A stretch of DNA of 64,000 bases from Lachnospiraceae bacterium (GTDB lineage Bacteria; Bacillota; Clostridia; Lachnospirales; Lachnospiraceae). The stretch is taken from contig JAGBBV010000007.1 of NCBI GenBank assembly GCA_017938315.1, positions 76,974-140,973 on the forward strand, written 5' to 3'. Below are positions 37,130 to 45,490 of this stretch, in pieces. Both the position numbers and the translations under genes were made by a program. How positions within the stretch are numbered: the stretch's first letter is position 1; each line of letters begins with the position of its first letter. The notes under the pieces are model-generated. The model saw nothing but the letters and a program-made list of their open reading frames with translations. It did not search any database and was not told where the DNA came from.

Positions 37130-38989
37130 CTAATTTTCTCCCTTCAATTCAAGCCTTTTCTTTTTGTTTCTTTTTGCCACCAGTATGGTAATCACAATAC
37201 TGATCAGCAGTATCAATATGCCTGCAACTGATGCAATTGCAAAGATTCTTTCTATCTTGAGGTATTGTGCTGCTTTTGTTGCAGATTTTTCTGCTAATTC
37301 TAAGTATTTCATAGAATTACTAAACCGGTATCTTATGATAAACTGCAAGACGCAAACTGCTTCTGCAACTGCCACCAAAATATCCCATAAAACAATTGGC
37401 CATGTACGGTACTTCTTAGGTGCATTTTTATCCGGCTTCTTCATGACAAATAAGGCTATCATGATAATAACCATGCTGGCAAGCAGCGTCACTAATAATG
37501 GCAACAGCTCTGCCAATCCGATTTTGCTAATGACGCCACCTACTAAGTCTGACCCTTTATATAAAGTCAACACCATTTTTGATGTATTGCCGTTTACGTC
37601 TTCTGCTTCTAACTCAATTAAGTTCTCACCCATGGACAACACGGCGTTATATGTAAAGTTACCATTTTCATCCGGCGTTATGGTCTCTCCTGCAACACGG
37701 AGAACATTTCCACCTGATATTTTTCCGATAATCGCTGCACTATCTGTATAGAAGGTCTTTCCATCCAAATCCTCATACAGCTTAATTTCCGGCGGAATGA
37801 AATCACAGTAGACTTCGGTATCTACAATGTAGGTTATTAGGTCATCCGTTTCCATTTCCGCATAGATGGTATTCATACCTTCTATAAGGTCAAATGAAAC
37901 TTCTCCCTCACCACTCACCTGATACATGCTATCCACGCCATTTACGTTCACATTTAACATGCGTTCTTTTTGAGCACTGTACTTCAAAACCGCTTGGGAG
38001 GAATTGGTTACCTCCGGCGTTATCATGGTCAGCGTCTCTTCCGTTAGGGAAATTGTTTTTATCTTTTTGGAAGACCTAATGTTATCGTCTGTATAAGATA
38101 AAACAATTTCAAGTGCTGTCGAATCTTCCGGGAACATAATACTATCTTGTGTTGCATTTTTTCCCCACTCTGCTTCATATATCATTTCGCCTGCTACTGT
38201 TGCTTTAATCTGATAAGCATCCGCTCCCCAGCCTACATAATCTTCCCAGTCTATCCGGCAAAGCAGATTATCCCTATCCACTTTTACTTTGAAATTTTCA
38301 ATTACCTGCGGCTCATTTGGGTTATCATAATCAAAGGCTTCCGATAACATGGTGTCAAATACTTCCGCATATCCGTCATCATAATATACTTCCAGGCGCA
38401 GTACATAATTATCTCCGGATAGTCCACTCATTTTGACAGTAGTTTCTGTATCTTCGCCTGACTTGGCACTACCCTGCGTAAGTAACGTAACTGCATCTGT
38501 ATCTGTTGTACTGACAGCATACAATTCATAATTGTAATAAATATCTGCGGGCTCATAATCAGCACGGAAAGCGGCTGTCATTTTCCCATTTTCACCCTCT
38601 GATACATTCAAATATTGAATCCAAAGTCCATTATTCTCTTGCACAATATCATAGGTGATCTCGCTGTTTCCTTTTAAGTCATATTCTACCTTCCATGTTC
38701 CGGCTTTTGCATCCTTAATGCGGTAAGTACACCACAGTTCACCCGACGCATATTCTACATCACTGTCCCCATTTGTTTTCCTCTCCCCGGATGGTGATAT
38801 AAATGTAATATCTACTACTTCTTTATCAAATGTAAAGAGAACCGTTAAATCTCCCTGTGTATCGGTAGTCACTATTTCTGCCTGTTTGGGTGCAGCCTGT
38901 ACAAATACAGCATTCATCCAAAAGGATAAACACAGTACCAATATCTGTATCCATATTCCAATTTTTCTTTTCATCGACGTTCTCATCAT
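37130..38989 (-). CDS. Exported multi-Ig/beta-sandwich protein with C-terminal TM helices
   Basis: Signal peptide ending VQA-AP; beta-rich domains, e.g. PPEIKL...DENGNFTYNAVLSMGENLIELEAEDVNGN; three C-terminal hydrophobic segments. Confidence 0.75.
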   Translation of the reverse strand: MMRTSMKRKIGIWIQILVLCLSFWMNAVFVQAAPKQAEIVTTDTQGDLTVLFTFDKEVVDITFISPSGERKTNGDSDVEYASGELWCTYRIKDAKAGTWKVEYDLKGNSEITYDIVQENNGLWIQYLNVSEGENGKMTAAFRADYEPADIYYNYELYAVSTTDTDAVTLLTQGSAKSGEDTETTVKMSGLSGDNYVLRLEVYYDDGYAEVFDTMLSEAFDYDNPNEPQVIENFKVKVDRDNLLCRIDWEDYVGWGADAYQIKATVAGEMIYEAEWGKNATQDSIMFPEDSTALEIVLSYTDDNIRSSKKIKTISLTEETLTMITPEVTNSSQAVLKYSAQKERMLNVNVNGVDSMYQVSGEGEVSFDLIEGMNTIYAEMETDDLITYIVDTEVYCDFIPPEIKLYEDLDGKTFYTDSAAIIGKISGGNVLRVAGETITPDENGNFTYNAVLSMGENLIELEAEDVNGNTSKMVLTLYKGSDLVGGVISKIGLAELLPLLVTLLASMVIIMIALFVMKKPDKNAPKKYRTWPIVLWDILVAVAEAVCVLQFIIRYRFSNSMKYLELAEKSATKAAQYLKIERIFAIASVAGILILLISIVITILVAKRNKKKRLELKGEN

Positions 38990-39000
38990 GTCACCTCAAA

Positions 39001-42000
39001 CTAAGTTAATATACCGCTTTTATCTTTTTTAATTCTACCCTTCTCATTGATGTAATAGAAATCGCCTTTCACGTTTCCATCACTGTCCTGACTCCTGTAT
39101 CTGAAGATAAACTGAAGTTCATCATTATGATTCTTATAAAAACCAACTGCATAGGTTCCTTGTTTTTTTTGACCGGCACTAAACAGCCACCATTTAATAT
39201 CGCAGGCTGCCAGTCCTTCGTATACTGCTCCTACAAATCTGGTATGGGCATTCAGTTCACCGGAGCCTGATAAATCTAAGGAAATTTCTTCATTTTCACT
39301 CTGCCACATTAATCCGGTTTTCAGTTTTGCCCTAAGACCTTTTACTGCTTCATTGTCTAATTGAAGTAACGAGTTGGTATAATCAAAATTACCGATTTGT
39401 ACCTCTGCCTGTGCCAACTGGATTTTCGTTAGAAATACCAGTTTTGCATTTGTTTCAATTTGGAACGGACTTAAACATAAGGATGCAGTTGTATCGGGCA
39501 TAGACAATATGCTGAGATTTCCTACAAATTTTTCCAACTGGGGCAGGTATTCTTTTACTTTCATACTGGTAATGGAAACGCCGCCCGTCAGTTTTATCTT
39601 TTTCCAGTCACCACTGGCAACTGCATCGTGAATATTAGATGCTCCAAACATAAAATCATTGAATTCCAGAGGTATCGCTGTTTTTAATTTTATTGAATTT
39701 CTTTTTCTTGCTTTTAAACTCACTGAATCCAATTCAAGGTTATCTTTCCATGTTGCCTCTGCACTGAGTCCCGTAGAAGTCTTTTCCAAATCCAGGAAAT
39801 TTAGCATAACAGAAGCACTGACAGAATATTCTTCTTTCAAAGTATTGATTTTCAATCCCGCCTTACCGTTAAGCCATACAGGAACGCTGATAAAGGCAAC
39901 CTGCTTTGCATCATTTTTATCAAACTCTGTTCCCAGTTCTGCCTCTGCCACCATGCCAACGTTCTTGTCGGTAACCTTCACTTCTCCTTTTAAGTCAAAG
40001 CTCAGCACCTCTTTTTTGCCACTGTCTCCAAATATTTTATCTTGGAAAGGCAGTTCCGGTGTTGCATTATCGTAATACAGACTTATATTGTCAGGATAAA
40101 GCCTAACCACTACTGTCTTAAACCGTGCGAGACTGTATATTGCCCAAACGCCTATCTCGATATCGTCTACTGCATAGTTGTCGTAATCGTATAGGTTTTG
40201 TTGATCATTATACAATGTAAAATATGGTAATGCCGGAAGATCAATGGAAATTCCCTTCTGTGCAATCTTTTGTCCGAAACCGGTTGCCGTAGCAGTATCA
40301 TATTGCACATAAGAGCCACTCAGATCACTTACTTTTATGGAATAACTTTCTTTTACATCACCTACTATATTCACATCTCCCTTAAAATGCAGCCAACCAT
40401 TCATGGTTACATTTCCTCTAAGGGTCCGGTTATCAATATCATTTTCTATTATTTCAGATGCAGTAAATACATATGGTCCAAAAACAATCTTCTTTTCACC
40501 GCATTTCGCAATTACGGAGAAACCATTTTCCAGTACTTTCCGTTTTCCGTCTATGCTGATTTCTACATTGTATTTACCTACTGCCACACTTGCAGGTATT
40601 GTAAGCTCGTAGGTCTCTGCATCTACATAAGTAGCTGTTACGGAATAATCAATATTGCCGTTGAGCTTTACGGATATTTCACTATCTTTATTAAATCCAC
40701 TGCCCTTTAAGCGGACAGTTGTATCCTGCATACCTTTATAAATATATCTTGGAGACATTCCCTGAATGCTTAGTTCATTGCTAACAGCAAGTCCCTCTCC
40801 TGTTTCCCCTTCTCCTTCGCCTTCTAAGGAATAAGTCTTTACATCACGAAGATTTTCATCCGGCATGGAAATTTCCAGTGTACGCCCTGTCATGGTGATG
40901 GTGTCTTTTGCCTGATAGGTGATTTCATACTGATTATAAACCTGTGCATGTAGCAAATCATAAAAGGACGACAAGCTGGAACTGTCTGATACATAAAGGA
41001 ACTCACCATTACCACTTCCCGCAATGGTGCTTAAATAATTGGTATCCACACTTGTTCCAAGACCCATGGTATAAACAGTGATTCCCTTTTGCAGGGCACG
41101 GTTTCCGATTTCCCTATAGATTGTCTCTGCATCCCTGGCATAATTATCCTGTCCATCTGTCATTAAGATAAGGACATTATTGTCCTCCGGCTCTGCCGAG
41201 AAACCATCCAAACAGTTTGTAACCGCTGAGAAAATGTCTGTACCGCCGGCTATTTGCATATTTTGGGCAAACGCAATCAGTTCATCATCCGGCGTTCCGA
41301 AAAACTTTGTATCAACAATGGTATCATCAAAGGTAACCACTGCAATATCTTCATTTGCATTCTTATCCGTAATAAAGGTAACCACCGCATCCCTTAAATC
41401 CTGGATGTTTCCGCTCATACTGCCGGAGACATCACAGACAAGCATGATGTTGGAGCCTTCATAATTGATCTTCTTAAGTGTAAAATCAGAAATTTCTGCA
41501 CCGCAGTCGTACACTTTCAGTGCTGCCTTAATTTCATTTACATCCGTCAGATAATCACTGTCTATCTGTACTGTAGATACAATCTTTTCAAAACCGGAAG
41601 CATCAATTTTGCCGATAGAAATAGCACTTTTAACCCGGCTCACATAATCAACGGTAGTCCTTGTAAAGTCAACAGATTTTTCCTCCTCTTCTATCGGAAT
41701 CTGGTTTTGAGGAGAAACAATACTTTCAACATTTACTGTCAGGGAATGATCTAACACGTTTTCCACATAGGTAGAAACATTTTTAATGTTTTCTTTATCA
41801 TTTTCTTCATCGTTACTGATGACTGTAATAATCTGTGACATTGCGGAAACATAACTGTCATCTTCACATTCCGGAGAACTGTAGATAGCTGTACTCAAAT
41901 AGGAATCGGTAGATGTTTCATTACCGAAATAGTTTTCTATCTTTGCAAGTTCCAGATATACCTTCGTTGCATCTGTACCCGCTTCCTCTTTTGCAACATC

Positions 42001-43128
42001 TGTCAGTTCCTCCTTTACGGATGTAAGAACCGGATCTTCTAACTGTACACTAATGGCCTCAATACGTTCTTTAAATGCTTTCTTTTCCTGCTTGTTTAAA
42101 TCATCTGAATTATCTTTATAAATTGCAGACAGCTTATCCTCTATCATATCAGCATTTTGGTTGTCAATCTTTTGATAGTCCTCTGAAAAATCAGATTCCT
42201 TGACTAAACCACTCATATATAATTCAGCTACTACCATCAGTTCGTGGTAAGAAGCTTTTTCTTCCAATTTTTCTGCTATCTGCTCATAATCACCGCTTAT
42301 CACATATGCTTTGATACGTGCTTTTTCCACACATTCCATCGCCAGATATTCCGGTGCATTACTTTCTATATCTTCAAAAGTTCTGCCATATCTGCGCAGA
42401 TCCTTTTCTTTTTCTTCACTTTCCTCTTCCGTTGCGTAATTATTTTCTGACACATCATCATATACTTCTAAAATGCCTGCTACTGCTTCTGCACAGTCCG
42501 AGCACTCATCAGTAATACTGTACCTGTCTTCTATGGCATTTTTGATATCTCTTCTAATATCATCAATTGTTTTCTGTTCACTCTCTTTGATATCCTCGTA
42601 TACACTTTCTGTGTATCCATAGTCTTCAATATTTTCCCCAACAGACTTTAAATAATCTATCATAACAAGGTCTGCTGTGCTGTTATTCCATTTTATGTCT
42701 ACAAATACAACTTCCTCTGCATCTGCAGAAATTAATTCTGTATTTTCACACAAATATCGATATAAGCCGTGGGCACTTTCAAAGTCCCCTTCCAGAACTG
42801 CAATACGTGCTGTCAGCAGTCTGCACTCATCATTATATCCGTATTCACTGCTATATTGTTCTAAAACCTCAATGGCTGCGTCATAGGCGCCTTCTTCTGC
42901 AAGGGCATTGGCAAATGCCATCATTTTCTTTTCAGACATCTGCACCTGCATGCCGCCTTCCTCCATGAGAGCGGTGCCACCGAAAAATAAGGATATTCCG
43001 CAGCCTGCCATAAGCAGCAATGTTGAAAAAATCGCACTAAAACAAAACGCCCGCCGCTTTATTAGTAAAATAATTGCAACCAACGCTCCCGGTAATAATC
43101 CTAATCCTATTTGCAACCAAATATTCAT
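39001..43128 (-). CDS. Large membrane-anchored vWA domain protein (TM-TM, helical/TPR-like region, vWA, IPT/TIG-like, beta-rich C-terminus)
   Basis: Intact MIDAS: VCDVSGSM, GGTDI, LMTDGQD, VYTMGLG; IPT-like IQGMSPR...LKGSGF...GKYNVEI. Confidence 0.85.
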   Translation of the reverse strand: MNIWLQIGLGLLPGALVAIILLIKRRAFCFSAIFSTLLLMAGCGISLFFGGTALMEEGGMQVQMSEKKMMAFANALAEEGAYDAAIEVLEQYSSEYGYNDECRLLTARIAVLEGDFESAHGLYRYLCENTELISADAEEVVFVDIKWNNSTADLVMIDYLKSVGENIEDYGYTESVYEDIKESEQKTIDDIRRDIKNAIEDRYSITDECSDCAEAVAGILEVYDDVSENNYATEEESEEKEKDLRRYGRTFEDIESNAPEYLAMECVEKARIKAYVISGDYEQIAEKLEEKASYHELMVVAELYMSGLVKESDFSEDYQKIDNQNADMIEDKLSAIYKDNSDDLNKQEKKAFKERIEAISVQLEDPVLTSVKEELTDVAKEEAGTDATKVYLELAKIENYFGNETSTDSYLSTAIYSSPECEDDSYVSAMSQIITVISNDEENDKENIKNVSTYVENVLDHSLTVNVESIVSPQNQIPIEEEEKSVDFTRTTVDYVSRVKSAISIGKIDASGFEKIVSTVQIDSDYLTDVNEIKAALKVYDCGAEISDFTLKKINYEGSNIMLVCDVSGSMSGNIQDLRDAVVTFITDKNANEDIAVVTFDDTIVDTKFFGTPDDELIAFAQNMQIAGGTDIFSAVTNCLDGFSAEPEDNNVLILMTDGQDNYARDAETIYREIGNRALQKGITVYTMGLGTSVDTNYLSTIAGSGNGEFLYVSDSSSLSSFYDLLHAQVYNQYEITYQAKDTITMTGRTLEISMPDENLRDVKTYSLEGEGEGETGEGLAVSNELSIQGMSPRYIYKGMQDTTVRLKGSGFNKDSEISVKLNGNIDYSVTATYVDAETYELTIPASVAVGKYNVEISIDGKRKVLENGFSVIAKCGEKKIVFGPYVFTASEIIENDIDNRTLRGNVTMNGWLHFKGDVNIVGDVKESYSIKVSDLSGSYVQYDTATATGFGQKIAQKGISIDLPALPYFTLYNDQQNLYDYDNYAVDDIEIGVWAIYSLARFKTVVVRLYPDNISLYYDNATPELPFQDKIFGDSGKKEVLSFDLKGEVKVTDKNVGMVAEAELGTEFDKNDAKQVAFISVPVWLNGKAGLKINTLKEEYSVSASVMLNFLDLEKTSTGLSAEATWKDNLELDSVSLKARKRNSIKLKTAIPLEFNDFMFGASNIHDAVASGDWKKIKLTGGVSITSMKVKEYLPQLEKFVGNLSILSMPDTTASLCLSPFQIETNAKLVFLTKIQLAQAEVQIGNFDYTNSLLQLDNEAVKGLRAKLKTGLMWQSENEEISLDLSGSGELNAHTRFVGAVYEGLAACDIKWWLFSAGQKKQGTYAVGFYKNHNDELQFIFRYRSQDSDGNVKGDFYYINEKGRIKKDKSGILT

Positions 43129-43152
43129 TGCACCATCTCTCCCTCAAAAAGA

Positions 43153-43182
43153 AACCTCCCCGTGCACATACACGGAGAGGTT
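43153..43182 (-). terminator. Internal terminator-like stem-loop in array B
   Basis: AACCTC-C-CCGTG / CACGG-A-GAGGTT (G.U pair on minus strand), followed by UCUUUUU, about 25 nt before the vWA start. Confidence 0.7.
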
Positions 43183-43234
43183 CATTACTTTCATATCTTC
43201 GTAGCAACAGCCGCTTTCCGTACGACTCTACAAA

Positions 43235-43897
43235 TTAATAATTTAAACTACCGTAATGGATTTTCCAACCGCCGTCTTCTTTCACCATAATCAAGTCTTC
43301 TACATTATAGGAACCTGATTTCTTGGAGCCCTTAACGGTTATCTTTAAGTCAACCTTTACAACTTTCTTAATATCGCTAAAGTCCATATCATAGTTGTCA
43401 ACCATAGCTTCTTCAAGGTCTTCCATATTTCTCTTGGAAAGTTCTGTCTCATCAGTGATTTCATAAGAAATTTTCTTGATGTTTTCTACCTTGTCTTCAT
43501 ACTTGTCAAGCACGCTGTCAATAGCATCTTCATAATATTCTTCGAAGTCATCACCGTACCATGCTTCATTGATTTCATCACTGATAGAGCTTGAAAGAGC
43601 TATTAATGCATCTGTATCATCATCTTCTAATGCCTTTACCATTTTATTAAGGGTACCCTTATAACCGGTAAAGTTACTTGCTATATTAACAACTACTACA
43701 AGTGCCACAATTGCAACAATCGCAATTGCAATGAGTGCAATAATGATATTATTGTTTTTCTTTTTTCCTTCATCCGCTGCAGGTGCTGCTGCGGGTGCCG
43801 GATTTACGTTTGCCCCTGCCACAGGTGTACCACACTGTCCACACACCTTATCTTCATCGTTCATCTGAGAACCACAATTAGAACAAAACTTAGCCAT
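43235..43897 (-). CDS. Zinc-ribbon/TM protein with small NTF2-like (DUF4878-like) ectodomain
   Basis: MAKFCSNCGSQMNDEDKVCGQCG; GKKK then TM; ends IMVKEDGGWKI; start at ATG 43897 after GGAGG. Confidence 0.8.
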   Translation of the reverse strand: MAKFCSNCGSQMNDEDKVCGQCGTPVAGANVNPAPAAAPAADEGKKKNNNIIIALIAIAIVAIVALVVVVNIASNFTGYKGTLNKMVKALEDDDTDALIALSSSISDEINEAWYGDDFEEYYEDAIDSVLDKYEDKVENIKKISYEITDETELSKRNMEDLEEAMVDNYDMDFSDIKKVVKVDLKITVKGSKKSGSYNVEDLIMVKEDGGWKIHYGSLNY

Positions 43898-43912
43898 TTT
43901 TACTTCCTCCAA

Positions 43913-44323
43913 TTAAAAATATTTATTTACAATCTGATCAACAACAGGAACTGCAACTGTACCCTGATTTAAAGCTTTCATACCTAAAAGAAGGAACAGA
44001 CATGTTCTGATGATATCAATTGCTTTTGTAATAACACTGATGATTGCGCTAAGAACGCCATAGTTAAAGGATCCCTTAAATACTGCCACCAATGAGTTAA
44101 CCCAGGACAATAAGTCGGGAATCAAACCGATTACTGCAAGAATGAATGTAATGGAAACCATTAACACTGCCGCTTTAACGGCTGCTCTCTTTAACCATTC
44201 ATTTTCTTCAAATAAAAGAACATAGCCAACTAATAAAATAACAGGAGTATATCCTCCGAATAATGCAGCGAAATAAATTGCTGCTCCTAAAAGTCCAACT
44301 GAAATTCCTAATTTTGCTTTCAT
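43913..44323 (-). CDS. Small polytopic membrane protein of unknown function (DUF4870-like)
   Basis: Hydrophobic 136 aa; LLFEENEWLKRAAVKA; VPVVDQIVNKYF tail. Confidence 0.7.
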   Translation of the reverse strand: MKAKLGISVGLLGAAIYFAALFGGYTPVILLVGYVLLFEENEWLKRAAVKAAVLMVSITFILAVIGLIPDLLSWVNSLVAVFKGSFNYGVLSAIISVITKAIDIIRTCLFLLLGMKALNQGTVAVPVVDQIVNKYF

Positions 44324-44369
44324 TTGTTTTCCCTTTCTCTATCTTTCGTTTTTTATTATTTTTACCGTT

Positions 44370-44825
44370 TTATACCGGCTTGCCGCAGGATGTACAGAAT
44401 TTACTGCCGGGTGCAATCACTGCTCCACAATCCGCACAATGTACTTCTGCTGCTACAGGTTCTGCTGCAGGTTCTGCCATCTTTGTTCCGCATACAGCAC
44501 AGAAAAGCGCATTATTTGCAACTTCTGCTCCACATGTAGGACAATTAGACACTCCCTTTAATTCCTTTACATTATTGCGGTATTCTTCTACCTTATCCTG
44601 GGAAGCCTTTAAAAGATCTAAGAGCTCTTTGAAATTTTCATCCGCAGACTCTCCAAGAACCTCCACATACTTCTTTCCGATCTGTTCATAAATACCGGTA
44701 ATCTTTTTTTCTTCGTCATTAATCAAAGAATTAAATTTTGCGACATCTGCCATATCCTTGCCTTTTTTAAGTGCTCCCTGGCTGGCATCAGAAATGGTTT
44801 TGCCCATGTTGTCTAAAAAACCCAT
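44370..44825 (-). CDS. Soluble helical/coiled-coil protein with C-terminal double zinc ribbon
   Basis: No TM; CPTCGAEVANNALFCAVCG and CADCGAVIAPGSKFCTSCG; AGGAGG RBS. Confidence 0.88.
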   Translation of the reverse strand: MGFLDNMGKTISDASQGALKKGKDMADVAKFNSLINDEEKKITGIYEQIGKKYVEVLGESADENFKELLDLLKASQDKVEEYRNNVKELKGVSNCPTCGAEVANNALFCAVCGTKMAEPAAEPVAAEVHCADCGAVIAPGSKFCTSCGKPV

Positions 44826-44859
44826 ATCGCCCTCCTATGTATACAAAAACTTTACGAAA

Positions 44860-44888
44860 ATTTTATCATTTTTGTAGATTTATGTCAA
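44860..44888 (-). promoter_or_regulatory. Strong SigA-type promoter of array B
   Basis: TTGACA (44888-44883), 17 bp, extended -10 TGaTAAAAT (44868-44860). Confidence 0.85.
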
Positions 44889-44914
44889 TATGACGCACAA
44901 TTTAGGTAATACAA

Positions 44915-44953
44915 AAAGCATAGCTGCCTCATTAGATAAGACAGCTATGCTTT
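44915..44953 (-). terminator. Terminator after the coat-like genes
   Basis: AAAGCATAGCTG / CAGCTATGCTTT 12-bp stem, U run on minus strand. Confidence 0.8.
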
Positions 44954-44976
44954 ATGCTCTGTTTTTTATGATACTT

Positions 44977-45237
44977 TTATAATGTTTTTTCTGTAAACAG
45001 GCTCTTTACATGATCCACTTCTTCCTGTGTTGCTTTGGAAGCAGGAACATAATAAGATTTATCTCTTGCAATCTGGAAAATCTCTTCCTGTGACTGCTCA
45101 CAGGCATTTCTAAACTGCTTTAATGTCTGCTTTAATTCTTTATTTTCTGTCTGCGCAATCATTTCACCGAAACGAACCAACTCTCCATTGATACCTGCAA
45201 GTGTATCTGATACCATTGTCTTTTCATTTAACTGCAT
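44977..45237 (-). CDS. Spore coat protein, Coat F-like
   Basis: LNEKTMVSDTL, TENKELKQTL, IARDKSYYVP pattern of small Coat_F proteins. Confidence 0.7.
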   Translation of the reverse strand: MQLNEKTMVSDTLAGINGELVRFGEMIAQTENKELKQTLKQFRNACEQSQEEIFQIARDKSYYVPASKATQEEVDHVKSLFTEKTL

Positions 45238-45250
45238 ACTGTTGCCCTCC

Positions 45251-45436
45251 CTACTGTAAAAACTTCATCAGTGTATTTTTATTGTCCATAGCGGACTGTG
45301 CACCTTTTTCGAAAAACTGCTTTACTTTAGGGTCAGTCGCTTCGCATGCGTACTCTTTTAATTTGCAATGTGTTGTGTCGTAGCCTGTCATTAAATGACG
45401 GATGTTCTGCAAGTCAAGTTCTGATAAATTTGCCAT
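45251..45436 (-). CDS. Small helical protein, probably spore-coat associated
   Basis: LSELDLQNIRHL, ATDPKVKQFF; GGAGG RBS; paired with the Coat F-like gene. Confidence 0.6.
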   Translation of the reverse strand: MANLSELDLQNIRHLMTGYDTTHCKLKEYACEATDPKVKQFFEKGAQSAMDNKNTLMKFLQ

Positions 45437-45490
45437 AAAAAACCTCCTGAAAAATATTCACTTACAGTGGTATTATTTCCAGAAGGTTAT

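Noticed and set aside
44374-44385. ACCGGCTTGCCG resembling the 3' end of a c-di-GMP-I riboswitch
   Set aside because: It is the reverse complement of the CGKPV codons of the DZR gene, and the rest of the aptamer is absent.
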